A stretch of 64,000 nt of DNA from an uncultured bacterium (GTDB lineage: Bacteria > Chloroflexota > UBA5177 > JANWHV01), in contig CAWHAE010000010.1 in NCBI GenBank assembly GCA_963827235.1, positions 672,001-736,000 of the forward strand, in the 5' to 3' direction. Positions 19,946-29,919 of the stretch are shown one piece after another. Every line of letters begins with the position of its first letter. The stretch's first letter is position 1. A program made the position numbers and the translations under genes. The notes beneath the pieces were generated by a model. That model ran no database searches and was not told the DNA's origin. It was given only the letters and a program-made list of their open reading frames with translations.

Positions 19946-20632
19946 AACTGACGGCAGGTCCGCCAGCGTCACCGGCACGACCAATGCGCTCCTGCTCGCC
20001 GCGGCCGGCGTGCCGAGTGTCCGGCCCACGGCGTCCAGCGGAGCGTCCAGGTGTTCCACCAATGCCGCCTGCCCGGACCGCGCGACCTGGGGCAAGCGGC
20101 CACAGTCCTTGAGCGAGGCCGACAAGATCCTTGGTGGGCACTCCGGTGTGCCAGCATTCAGGCCTGTCGACGCGGCAAGCTGCCATTCCGCCTGTGCTTC
20201 GTCCATATGGTAGAGTGCGACAAAGGGCACATCGGCAGCATTGGTCGCCAGCACCGTCATGGCGACGGCGCAAACGTCCTCAACCGTCTTGGCCTCGCCC
20301 GTCAGCGATCCGAGCTCGCGGAGCATGCGCAGGCGTCGTTGGCCCAACACCCGCGCCGTCGTTTCGGGCACCGCCGTGAACACGCCGCCGATGCCCGCGG
20401 TTTCATCGCGAATCGGACTGTAGGAGAAGGTGAAGTAGCACTACTCGACATAGCCGGAGCGATCCAGTGGCAACAATTGTTCGGCGGACCACGTGACCTC
20501 CCCGCTGGTCAGCACGTGCTGGAGCATGGGGCCGATGAGACCCCAGATCTCGGGCCAGCATTGCCGGCCGCGCTGGCCCAGGGCTGTCGGATGTACTGTC
20601 GCGCGGAGCATCGGCCGGTAGGCGTCGTTGAA
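19946..20632 (-). pseudogene. PAS-GAF sensor region of a histidine kinase/phosphatase, truncated at both ends with internal stop
   Basis: FNDAYRPML...HP.ALGQ....CWPEIW..IGPML..V...GE.TW...LDRSGYVE*CYFTFSYSPIRDE..GIGGVF.AV.ETT.RVL..RRL; TAG at 20441-20443. Confidence 0.85.
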
Positions 20633-20843
20633 TGGAGCGCACGATGTGTGGGCAGGACTTCACGCTGGAGTACCTCGACACGCTGGGGCTCAAACTCGAG
20701 GCAATCGGACAAGTCCACACCGCCGGCGAGTGTTCCACGCCAGACGTCCCCGGCGTGATCACAAAACGCAATCAGAGGCGCGACCTCAGTGTTCGGCGCT
20801 TGCGCCGCGAGTACCGGGTCGGTGGCGTGTTCTGTCAGCGCGA

Positions 20844-21611
20844 CTAGTAAATCTTGGCGAGCACGCCGCCATCGACAACAACGTGTGTCCCGTTTATGAA
20901 GCTTGCATCTTCGGACGCTAGGAACACGGCTACGCGAGCGATCTCATCCGGCGTCGCGATACGACCCAGCGGATACTCATTCTCGATCCCCGCTCGAGCC
21001 GCTGCGGGGTCAGAAAAGCTGTCGAAGTACGCCTGATTCAGCGGCGTGTCCACGTCACCCGGACAGATGCAATTGGCGCGAATGCCGTCGTGCCCGTATG
21101 CTATGGCGATGGCGCGGGTCATCGCCAGGATTCCGCCCTTGGTGGAGCAGTAGACAGCAAGCTTCGGATCCGCCACCAGCCCCAGCACGGAACTGATGTT
21201 GATGATCACGCCGCCACGCGCGCGCTGCATGATGGGAATGGCGTGCTTGCAGGTGAGGAAGTAGCCGCCAAGATTAATGTCGATCATCGTTCGCCACTGC
21301 TCGTAGGTCGTCTCGTGCAACGGGACCTCATATTGCACAGCGGCGTTGTTAACAAGCACGTCGACCGTGCCAAACCTTGCCAGACAGGCATCCACCGCGC
21401 CGCGCACGGCGCTCTCACGCGACACATCGGCCTCGTGAAACGCGATCTCGGCACCCGGCGACGCTATCCCGGAAGCACCCTGGTTGCCGGTAGCAGGGAT
21501 CCGGTCAATGCCGAACACGGAAGCGCCCTCAAGCGCGAAGCGCTCGGCGATGGCTGCGCCAATGCCTTTGCTGGTACCCGTGACGATCGCCGTCTTTCCC
21601 CGAAGTCTCAC
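20844..21611 (-). CDS. SDR family oxidoreductase
   Basis: TGTSKGIG, NNAA, YCSTK, NCICPG. Confidence 0.95.
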   Translation of the reverse strand: MRLRGKTAIVTGTSKGIGAAIAERFALEGASVFGIDRIPATGNQGASGIASPGAEIAFHEADVSRESAVRGAVDACLARFGTVDVLVNNAAVQYEVPLHETTYEQWRTMIDINLGGYFLTCKHAIPIMQRARGGVIINISSVLGLVADPKLAVYCSTKGGILAMTRAIAIAYGHDGIRANCICPGDVDTPLNQAYFDSFSDPAAARAGIENEYPLGRIATPDEIARVAVFLASEDASFINGTHVVVDGGVLAKIY

Positions 21612-21711
21612 TATCCCGTCCGCCCCATTCCGTGGTCAAGACCCAGGTCCACACGTCGCAGTCTACGCAAGTGCCGGCATAGTGTCCCGGCCTGGTGCTG
21701 TGCGGCCAGAG

Positions 21712-22641
21712 TCAGTGCATCTCCGCCGCGCAGGTTCCGATGGCCGGGCGGTAGTAATTGAACTGAACGTCGGGGTGGTCGGCGAGCAGCGACATCGGGA
21801 CACTGGAGTCCGGCAGGCGCTTCGAGATCATCAGTGCCGTCAGCCGCACACCGAACGGGTTGTCGTGCATCCCGGCATGCCAAATCGAGACTTTGTCCGC
21901 CTTCCAGGTCTCCAGCGGGCCGACAGACAGCGCCTGCGTGGGTACGCTCGCCACGTTGCCGCCACCGGACGTGCGAGCGTTCTGGACGATCGTCAGGGGA
22001 TGCAGGTTCACCACCCGTGCGCCGAGCGTCCTGTATTCGGCTGGGGACGGCGGCGCGTCCTGCCAGCTTCCCTGCCGCTGGACCGGATCGTTGAAGGCCC
22101 AGTGCTTCACGTCACCCTGACCGCCTTGCATGACGAGGCACCTTGCCGTGTCATATGACCTTGTATACTCGGCGAGGTTGGCCGCGGTGAGAAAGTGGAG
22201 ATTCTCATCGGGCATGCGGAAACGCCTGTCGATGCGATTGAAGCACAGTTCGAGGTCCGTGCGCGTGAAGCTCAGGGGATGTGTCACCGGCACTTCCTTC
22301 CCGTCCTGGTACCACTCGTCCATAGCCCAGAAGTGCCCGCTCCGCACGTCGATCTCCAGATCGTTCACTATCTGAGCGACGAGCGGTAGCTGCTCCGTGG
22401 GTCCGACCGGACCGCAAATGCCCGCGGGCGCGTCCGGACGAGCACGGCGCCACGCGGCCACGTACTCGAGGGCCTCGGCGAGATAGAACGATTCGAGCGT
22501 GTCGTACATCCGTACCTGGAACCCAGGGCGCGAGAGTTGCTCTATGTCTTGGGCAGACAGTCGAGCAGCATCGGCAAGAAGTTCATCGTCAAGCGTCGTA
22601 TAGTCCCACCAGGCGCCGGAAACATTGCTTGACCTGCGCAC
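21712..22641 (-). CDS. NagB-like sugar-phosphate isomerase/deaminase family protein (divergent type A)
   Basis: [29 protein letters not shown]. Confidence 0.8.
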   Translation of the reverse strand: MRRSSNVSGAWWDYTTLDDELLADAARLSAQDIEQLSRPGFQVRMYDTLESFYLAEALEYVAAWRRARPDAPAGICGPVGPTEQLPLVAQIVNDLEIDVRSGHFWAMDEWYQDGKEVPVTHPLSFTRTDLELCFNRIDRRFRMPDENLHFLTAANLAEYTRSYDTARCLVMQGGQGDVKHWAFNDPVQRQGSWQDAPPSPAEYRTLGARVVNLHPLTIVQNARTSGGGNVASVPTQALSVGPLETWKADKVSIWHAGMHDNPFGVRLTALMISKRLPDSSVPMSLLADHPDVQFNYYRPAIGTCAAEMH

Positions 22642-22762
22642 GTGCCTCTCCCTTAACCAATAACGGCGCCATCGCGCCTACATTGAAGTCCCGGCGACTT
22701 GGGACTTGCTCCTTCCGCACATGAGCTGAGCCGCGGCGCGCATAGGCACAGTGCGTGACCGC

Positions 22763-23638
22763 TCACGCCGGCCCCAGCGGTGCCTCAGCAGTAGCCCGAT
22801 CCACCACGATCATGGCGTCGGAGTGTTCCTGGACAAATGTCACGGGGTATTCGACCACTACCGGACCGAAGAGCAGGACCCGCACCACCGTCTGCTTCCA
22901 GGCGCCGGTATCGCTGAGCAGGCGGATGCGCCGCGCTCCCAGCAGGTCATTCATCCCCAGCGTAATAGCCATGGGCGGCACGACAGGCGAGCAGCCGCCC
23001 ACCGAGCGTTGGCTCACCGCGATCAACGTGTCGTCGTTCAGGTTCAGGATCCGGGTCCGGGACGCCCGGAACTCTTCGGCCGTGACGGAGTACCAGGGCG
23101 AGCGCGGCGGCTCGTTGTACGCGATGTGGCCGCGATAACCAACGCCGCCGTACGTGGTATCCACTCCCCCCACCAGCGCGATGGCCTCGCTGATGGCGTC
23201 GATCGCATACACCGATGGGAAGTGCCGCTGCGCTTCCGGCACGGCGAGCTCCGCATCGATCGCACCGTAGAACAACCGGCGCATCGCGCCCTCGTAGCTG
23301 AAGCGATGGTCCAGCGGCAGCGGCCGTCCTTGCCAGTCCAGGCAATCATCCATGTGGAAGACATGCACGTTCTTCAGGCTTATGCGCTCGCGATTGACGA
23401 TCTCGGCAAAGTGCGCGTATTGCTTGGTAGGGCCGCAGGGCAGGATCCAGCGCGTGGGCTGCCCCTGGGCATTGTTGGCCTTGACTTCGTCGGCCATGTC
23501 GCGAGCGGCCCACCGGTGCACGTCCTCCGGCAGCGGCAGGATCTTGATTCGCGTCTTGGCCCGCGGATGGTCCTCCAGCGCCTCGGCCGGAATACTACAC
23601 CAGTCGACAAGATCGGCTGTCCTGATCTCTTGCGTCAT
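22763..23638 (-). CDS. NagB-like sugar-phosphate isomerase/deaminase family protein (type B)
   Basis: ILPCGPT.QY, FHMDD, GGVG.RGHIAYNEP, AITLGM.DLL.A, YPVTFVQ.H. Confidence 0.85.
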   Translation of the reverse strand: MTQEIRTADLVDWCSIPAEALEDHPRAKTRIKILPLPEDVHRWAARDMADEVKANNAQGQPTRWILPCGPTKQYAHFAEIVNRERISLKNVHVFHMDDCLDWQGRPLPLDHRFSYEGAMRRLFYGAIDAELAVPEAQRHFPSVYAIDAISEAIALVGGVDTTYGGVGYRGHIAYNEPPRSPWYSVTAEEFRASRTRILNLNDDTLIAVSQRSVGGCSPVVPPMAITLGMNDLLGARRIRLLSDTGAWKQTVVRVLLFGPVVVEYPVTFVQEHSDAMIVVDRATAEAPLGPA

Positions 23639-23808
23639 CAGGTATCCTGCTTTCCTCCATTGCGTGCAGCCCCGATGCTGCCGATCAACCATTGTGCGCC
23701 CAACCGAAGCCGCCGGTGTCATCATCATCCGGATGGGCACCCAACGCCAGCAGGCGACCAGGACCACCACGCTGATTCATGTCGTTCTCGCCTTCGCTGC
23801 CACTCCGA

Positions 23809-24789
23809 TCATGTCGCGCTATTCGTCTGCGACGCGAGCGTCACACCGTTCGCGTTGAAAGCCTCATACTCCGCCCACCGCGGCAGGGATGGGATTGAGC
23901 CCGCGCGCGTGGTGGACAGACTGGCCGCGCGTACGGCGACGGCGGAGGCAGCCTGCAGGCCGTCGCCGGCGTGAAGACGCGCCGCGAGCGCACCGACAAA
24001 GGCATCGCCGGCGCCGGTTGTGTCGACTGCCTGCACTTCCGGTGCCGGTACCTGCCAGCTGACGCCGTCGCCGTCGACCGCGAAGACCCCTGCGGCGCCG
24101 GCAGTGACCAAGACCGCCATGCCTGGACGTCTGCGCGCAAGCACCTGCGCCAGGTCTGCGGGAGCCCCCGATAGCCCGGCAATGACGGCAGCCTCATGTT
24201 CATTGGGCACCAGGATGTCGGTGAGCTGCAGCACCTCGTCGTCGAGCGGGGCAGCCGGAGCAGGGTTGAGAAGAGTGCGAGCACCGTTGTCACGCCCGAG
24301 GCGAAACGCCGTGGTGGCAGCCTCCAGCGGCGCCTCGAGCTGGCAGACGACCAGCGAGGCGCTGCGGATCAGCCATGCTGCCGCCCCTACGGTTGCAGCC
24401 TGCAGCTGGCTATTGGCGTCCAGGGCCGTGACAATGGCAGGAATGCCGCTCGGCGGCAGCAGCACGAAGCCCACGTCGGTTGGCCGCTCGCTCGTCATGA
24501 TCCCACGGCAGTCAATGCCTTCACGCTCCAGCAGCGCGCGACAGCGGCCACCCCGTTCGTCCCGGCCCAGCACAGTCACGAATGCGGTCGGCGCGGCCAT
24601 GCGAGCCGCGGCAATCGCCTGGTGGGTGGCCTTGCCGCCGTCTAGCGGCTCGGCGTAGTCGCAGCCGAGCACAGTCTCACCCTCGCGCGGCACCGCGGCG
24701 ACGCGCATGAAGAGACCCTGCACATGCGCGCCGACTACCACGATGGGCCCCAAACGCGAGACGCCGACCCCGTGCATGGCGCTGTCCAC
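23809..24789 (-). CDS. Ribokinase / PfkB family kinase
   Basis: GGK..QA.AAARM, LNPAPA, PNEHEA, VDTTGAGDAF. Confidence 0.9.
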   Translation of the reverse strand: MDSAMHGVGVSRLGPIVVVGAHVQGLFMRVAAVPREGETVLGCDYAEPLDGGKATHQAIAAARMAAPTAFVTVLGRDERGGRCRALLEREGIDCRGIMTSERPTDVGFVLLPPSGIPAIVTALDANSQLQAATVGAAAWLIRSASLVVCQLEAPLEAATTAFRLGRDNGARTLLNPAPAAPLDDEVLQLTDILVPNEHEAAVIAGLSGAPADLAQVLARRRPGMAVLVTAGAAGVFAVDGDGVSWQVPAPEVQAVDTTGAGDAFVGALAARLHAGDGLQAASAVAVRAASLSTTRAGSIPSLPRWAEYEAFNANGVTLASQTNSAT

Positions 24790-24804
24790 ACTCCCAGCGT
24801 TGCG

Positions 24805-25560
24805 CTACACGTAGCGAGCCAGATCGGCCCGGAAACGAAACCGATCATGGCGGTAGACGATGCGGCCTAACTCGATGACACGGCCGTGCTGGTCATAGAT
24901 GATTTGTCCACACTGCAGCAGGGGCGCTCCCGCCGGCAATTCCAGGAGAGCGGCGGACGACTCGTCGGCGGATACGGCCTCCACGGTATAGCTGCACCGC
25001 CGGTAGACGATGCCACTCCTGGATTCCAGAATGCTTACCAGCGAGGCGGTCGTGAAGTCCACCGCGACCAGCGACGGGCAGTAGCGCAGCGGCACCCTGC
25101 TGTGGTCGATGGCAATGACCATGCCGTCCAGCCGGCGCAGGCGGCGCAACTCGAAGATGTCGCTGCCCGGCGCGATGCCCAGCACCTCCACTTCATCCAG
25201 CGTAGCCGGTCGCGCCATCTGGAGGAGGACGTCGGCCGACGCCGTCAGGCCGCGCGCCGCCCCCATGGCCGTGAAGCTCATGTGCGAGGCCGGCGCCAGC
25301 GGGCCGCTCACCGGGCGCTCGACCACGAACCAGCCCCGACCGGCCACCGAGTCGATCAGGCCTTCCGCAGCCAGCGCCTCAAGCGCCCGGCGCAAGGTCA
25401 CCCGGCTGACGCCGAAGCGTTCACAGAGCAATCGCTCGGCCGGCAGCCCGCCACCCGGCCGGAACTCACCCTGCGTGATAGCCTCGGCCAGCTGCCTCTG
25501 CACCTGCGCGTAGAGCGGCTGGCCTGCCGCGCTGCCTGCGACTTGGGCGGCGATGCTCAT
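24805..25560 (-). CDS. GntR family regulator (HutC/UTRA)
   Basis: PLYAQV...LPAER.L..RFGVSRVTLRRAL...GRGWFV plus UTRA domain. Confidence 0.92.
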   Translation of the reverse strand: MSIAAQVAGSAAGQPLYAQVQRQLAEAITQGEFRPGGGLPAERLLCERFGVSRVTLRRALEALAAEGLIDSVAGRGWFVVERPVSGPLAPASHMSFTAMGAARGLTASADVLLQMARPATLDEVEVLGIAPGSDIFELRRLRRLDGMVIAIDHSRVPLRYCPSLVAVDFTTASLVSILESRSGIVYRRCSYTVEAVSADESSAALLELPAGAPLLQCGQIIYDQHGRVIELGRIVYRHDRFRFRADLARYV

Positions 25561-25645
25561 CGTCTGCTCCAGCATCGGCGTGTGATTCAAACGGTAGCGG
25601 CGCACCTCGCCGAACCTGGCTTGCTGCGCATACTGCGTTGTCACT

Positions 25646-25677
25646 ACTGTACGTGGCAGAACCATACCTGTCAATAC
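25646..25677 (-). promoter_or_regulatory. sigma70-type promoter for the gntR operon (TTGACA-17-TACAGT) within a shared 15-bp box
   Basis: Minus strand gtaTTGACAggtatggttctgccacgTACAGTagtg. Confidence 0.7.
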
Positions 25678-25815
25678 CGGTATAGTAGCCGCGCGGAGCA
25701 GAGCGACATCCCGTGCGTCCGCATCCGGCCTGGCTTTGCTCGAGTCCACCCGCCAACAGGTGGAACGTGTGGCGGTGCACCACCGTAGGATGGGGTTTCG
25801 TCGATGCAACCTTCT

Positions 25816-25847
25816 GTATTGACAGGTATGCGTAGGTCTGGTACGGT
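25816..25847 (+). promoter_or_regulatory. sigma70-type promoter for the ABC operon (TTGACA-17-TACGGT) within a shared 15-bp box
   Basis: gtaTTGACAggtatgcgtaggtctggTACGGTagtg; 25816-25830 is the exact reverse complement of 25663-25677. Confidence 0.7.
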
Positions 25848-26246
25848 AGTGGCGGTTTGGCAACGTGTTGGCAGCCGCAGAATTCGCAGTCTCTCTGGGT
25901 GCCTCAGATCCTGGGCGTTACTGTCGCCGGCTCGGCGAGGAGATGCGCGACACCCTGCGTCGCAGATTTGGGCGCTGGATCGAACGCGAGAATTCCGTGA
26001 GGCCCACCCCAGACTGGCGGCGGCACCGTAGCCTGGGAGCGTGCTAGGCCGGGTCGCCTACAGCAGGTGCCGGTCATGGCGCTGGCGCCAGTACCGAAGG
26101 AGGAACAGCAGGAGCAGCCGGTTGGCGATGCCGAATTCGCCATGACGGTAGATTGGCACAGACGAAGTTTGCTGTCGCGCGTAGCCCTCCGAACACTCGC
26201 TTGCTCACATGCACGCGCTGTTTGTCAAGAAAGGCTGGTGAACCTG

Positions 26247-27587
26247 ATGCACCTCACGCGCCTGTCCCGTCTTGCACTGCTGCCTGCGTTGCTCACTTTC
26301 AGCATTGGCGCTGCCTCCGCTCACACGCGGCAGACCAGCGCTCCGGCGCTGCAGGTGTACTTCGAGGGTACGGCCGCGGCATTTGCCGGCCAGCCGTCCA
26401 CGGATCGTCAGATCGTGGCCGATTTTGTCCACGATACCGGTCAGCCGGCACAGGCAGTGCCGAGCCAGGACCCGGTCAAGATACTGGCGTCGATCGAGTC
26501 CGGAAACGCGCCCGATCTGGTGATGCTAGGTTATGTGCGCTCGGATTGGCTGCAGCAAGGCGCCGTAGTGCCACTCGATAGCTATATGAAGGCCAGCCAC
26601 TTCGATCTCAGCAAGTTCACGGACGCTGCGTGGAACCAGGGCTACCTCAACGGCCACTACTATACGATGACGGCGGAACAGGATGCCATAGTCCTGTTCT
26701 ATAATAAGGATCTCTTCAAGCAGGCTGGGCTGGACCCCAACAAGCCGCCCCAGACGCTATCGGAACTGCTGCAGGATGCCAAGAAGCTGACCCTCTACAA
26801 TCAGGATGGCAGCATCAAGCAGCTCGGCCTGTTGCCGAATGGCAGCATCAACGGTGGCGGCGCCGACTTCTTCCAGCTTTGGGGCAATGTCTTCGGCGGC
26901 AGCTGGTATGACTCCGCCCATAAGAAGATCACCGCCACCGATCCCGCGAATATCCAAGGTCTGACGTGGCTCGCCAACTTCTGGAACCAATATGGGCCGT
27001 CCAAGCTGGATCGTTTCGAGTCGGGGTTTGGCACTTATCTGGGGCCGACCGATCCGTTCGTGCAGGGTAAGATCGCCATGCTCATCGACGGCGACTGGTG
27101 GCCGACGGACCTGCCAAAGGGCAGCCGTCTCACCCTCAACAACCTCGGCGGCACCTATATTCCCTATCCGGATGGCATGCAGAAGCAGGGTCACATCTCG
27201 GCGGTATACGGCGATGTGATGCTGATCCCCAAGGGATCGCGGCACCCCGACCTGGCCTGGAAATTCATCAACTGGTACATGCACAGCGAGCGCGAACAGC
27301 TCAACTTGCCTCAGACCCTAACCGGCTACCCGTTGCTGAAGTCTGCGCTGGCCAAGCCCCTGACCGGCACATTCGGAGCGGTCCCCCTCGTTAGGTACAT
27401 CGAGCAGGTGCTGCTCAATGTACACGGGGTGCCGAATCCGCTGGTGATGCCGATCACCGCGAAGTATCTGAAGAACCTCGATTTCGACGCCAATCGCGCA
27501 CTCCACGGACAGGAGTCGGCGGCGCAGGCCCTGGCTCATGTGCAACAATTGACCCAGTCTGAGCTCGATCAGACTCTGCAACAATAG
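26247..27587 (+). CDS. Carbohydrate ABC transporter substrate-binding protein
   Basis: Signal peptide; SGNAPDL, LFYNKDLFKQAGLDP..PP.T..EL, F.QGKIAM..DG.W. Confidence 0.92.
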   Translation: MHLTRLSRLALLPALLTFSIGAASAHTRQTSAPALQVYFEGTAAAFAGQPSTDRQIVADFVHDTGQPAQAVPSQDPVKILASIESGNAPDLVMLGYVRSDWLQQGAVVPLDSYMKASHFDLSKFTDAAWNQGYLNGHYYTMTAEQDAIVLFYNKDLFKQAGLDPNKPPQTLSELLQDAKKLTLYNQDGSIKQLGLLPNGSINGGGADFFQLWGNVFGGSWYDSAHKKITATDPANIQGLTWLANFWNQYGPSKLDRFESGFGTYLGPTDPFVQGKIAMLIDGDWWPTDLPKGSRLTLNNLGGTYIPYPDGMQKQGHISAVYGDVMLIPKGSRHPDLAWKFINWYMHSEREQLNLPQTLTGYPLLKSALAKPLTGTFGAVPLVRYIEQVLLNVHGVPNPLVMPITAKYLKNLDFDANRALHGQESAAQALAHVQQLTQSELDQTLQQ

Positions 27588-27599
27588 TCCGACAGTTGG

Positions 27600-27637
27600 C
27601 AGCCGGGACGTGAACGGACACGCTCGCGTCCCGGCTG
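27600..27637 (+). terminator. Stem-loop after the SBP gene (mRNA stabiliser or partial terminator)
   Basis: cagccgggacg...cgtcccggctg 11-bp stem. Confidence 0.5.
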
Positions 27638-27699
27638 GTGGCTCCCCGGACCCGGTTGAGCGGCGTGCCCCAGCGGCACTGGCGGTCTAGAGACGGGGA

Positions 27700-28680
27700 T
27701 TGCGGGTGACACAGAGCACTGACGCGAACGGAAGGGGCACAGGCAGCACTGCCAGAGCTCGGCGCCTCAGCCCCTTCACGCGCCGGGCGATCATTACTGG
27801 AGTTCTCTTTCAACTGCCATGGCTGCTGGGGTTCGCCGTCTTTCTGCTCTATCCCGCGGTGGCATCCTTCTACTACAGCTTCACGCACTATTCTCTCTTG
27901 AGCGCCCCGCGCTGGATCGGTTTCGACAACTATCGCAATCTGTTCAGCGACCAGTTCTTCATCCAGTACGACAGCTGGGACCACTTCTTCCAATCCGCAG
28001 TCGGCAATACGCTCTATTTGATGGTAATTGGCGTGCCAGCCACCACCTTGTTTGCCTTCGTGGTGGCACTGCTGCTCAACTCTGATGTAAAGGGCATTGC
28101 ACTCTGGCGCACCCTGTGCTTCCTGCCAGCCGTGGTGTCGCCCCTCGTGGCCTCGATCCTCTGGGTCTGGGTCTTCAACCCGCAGTTCGGCATTGTCAAC
28201 GCCTTCCTGAGCTTCGTGCATCTACCGCAGCCGGGCTGGCTCAACGATCCCACGTGGTCAAAGCCGACACTCATCTTGCTCAATCTGTGGCAGGTGGGCT
28301 TCTCGATGATCATCTACCTGGCCGCCTTGCAGGGCGTGCCGAAGGAACTGTACGAGGCCGTGGCCATCGACGGTGGCGGCGTCTGGGCGCGGCTACGCTA
28401 CGTTACGATCCCGCTAGTCTCCCCGGTGACCCTGTTCAACGTGATCACCGGAATGATCGCCTCTCTGCAATTCTTCACCCAGGCCTACACTATTGGAGGC
28501 GCTTCCGGGAACCCGCAATCGTCGCTGCTGTTCTATGTCACATACATTTACACCAGTGCGTTCCAGAACTTCGACATGGGCTACGCCTCTGCCATGAGCT
28601 GGCTGCTATTCCTGGTGATCGCTATCTTCACTGGAATTCTGCTTCTTGCCTCCCGCCGGTGGATCTACTATGAGCGATAG
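27700..28680 (+). CDS. Carbohydrate ABC transporter permease (MalF-like)
   Basis: YLAALQGVPKELYEAVAIDGG. Confidence 0.92.
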   Translation: MRVTQSTDANGRGTGSTARARRLSPFTRRAIITGVLFQLPWLLGFAVFLLYPAVASFYYSFTHYSLLSAPRWIGFDNYRNLFSDQFFIQYDSWDHFFQSAVGNTLYLMVIGVPATTLFAFVVALLLNSDVKGIALWRTLCFLPAVVSPLVASILWVWVFNPQFGIVNAFLSFVHLPQPGWLNDPTWSKPTLILLNLWQVGFSMIIYLAALQGVPKELYEAVAIDGGGVWARLRYVTIPLVSPVTLFNVITGMIASLQFFTQAYTIGGASGNPQSSLLFYVTYIYTSAFQNFDMGYASAMSWLLFLVIAIFTGILLLASRRWIYYER

Positions 28681-28692
28681 ACAGGTGCGATC

Positions 28693-29568
28693 ATGGCCGT
28701 AACGGCGCGCTCGACTCTGCATCGGCGTGCCGTAGCGCGCCGGTACCTACAGGAGATCTTTGCCTCCCTGGGCGTGGCACTTGTGGTGGTGGTGTTCGTG
28801 GCTCCATTCTTGTGGATGATCATCACTTCGCTCAAGAGCCCCGAAGACATCATGGCCCATCCGCTCAGCTGGCTGCCTCAAGGCATCTATTTGCAGAACT
28901 ATTCCCAGGCTCTGCAGATCATTCCGTACATGCAGTATCTGGGCAACACGCTGCTGATCTGCGCTCTCAATGTGGTGGGCACAGTTATATCATGCTCTCT
29001 GGCAGCCTACTCCCTGGCCTGTGTACGCTTCCCGGGCCGCGGCATCCTATTTGGCCTGGTGTTGAGCACCATGATGCTGCCCTACCCGGTCACGATTATC
29101 CCGCTTTATCTGATCTTCCGCGACCTCGGCTGGCTCACGCTCGCCAGCGGCTATCTGCCGCTCGTCGTACCTGCATTCTTCGGCGCACCGTTCTTCATCT
29201 TCCTGCTGCGTCAGTTCTTCGCCAGTATTCCGGTGGAGCTGTCGGAGGCGGCCAAAGCAGACGGCGCTTCTGAACTGCGTATCTTCGCCCAGATCATCAT
29301 GCCCCTTGCTCGTCCTGCGCTGGCTACCACGGCAATGCTCACTTTCCTCTATACGTATACGGACTTCCTGAACCCGCTGATCTACATTAGCGATCCCAAC
29401 CGCTTTACACTCTCGCTGGGACTGCTAGGCTACTTTAACCAGCGTGGTGCTTCGTGGGGCCCCCTGATGGCCGCCTCCTTCATGTTTGCCATTCCAACCG
29501 GCGTACTCTTCCTCATTGCTCAGCGGACGTTCATCCAGGGCATCGCCACGAGCGGCCTGAAAGGGTGA
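28693..29568 (+). CDS. Carbohydrate ABC transporter permease (MalG-like)
   Basis: LLRQFF.SIP.EL.EAAKADGAS; QRTFIQGIA.SGLKG. Confidence 0.92.
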   Translation: MAVTARSTLHRRAVARRYLQEIFASLGVALVVVVFVAPFLWMIITSLKSPEDIMAHPLSWLPQGIYLQNYSQALQIIPYMQYLGNTLLICALNVVGTVISCSLAAYSLACVRFPGRGILFGLVLSTMMLPYPVTIIPLYLIFRDLGWLTLASGYLPLVVPAFFGAPFFIFLLRQFFASIPVELSEAAKADGASELRIFAQIIMPLARPALATTAMLTFLYTYTDFLNPLIYISDPNRFTLSLGLLGYFNQRGASWGPLMAASFMFAIPTGVLFLIAQRTFIQGIATSGLKG

Positions 29569-29919
29569 TCGGACGCCGATCCTTGAGCGCGGCCAGGGTG
29601 GCATCGCTGGGTATCGGTCGCGACAAGGTTCGCTGGGTATCCCAGCAGCGGTGAACCGCGCTCCACCGGTAATTTCGCACAAGCGGATCGACGCGCTCGC
29701 CTGTTCGCCGGATCACGGGCGAGGCCTCGGCCGGGTAGACCGACGGGTCGGCTGACGCCCCCGGCCGGCCTGGCTTCTGTCCGATCTCCGGCCAGGCGAC
29801 GCACCAGCAAGGGCCGATCTGCCCTTCCATTGCTCTACCGCATCCTCTATGATCAGGCTGCTTTACCTGGGTTGCAGGCTGCGCAGCCTTTGACTAGAAA
29901 CGGATAGGGCCGCGACCGC

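Noticed and set aside
20632-20847. 71-aa ORF between the PAS remnant and the SDR
   Set aside because: No RBS and no recognisable family; probably another remnant
24805-25863. 352-aa extended GntR (and the 506-aa extended SBP from 26067)
   Set aside because: The GntR extension runs through the promoter region; homology or the signal peptide begins at 25560 and 26247
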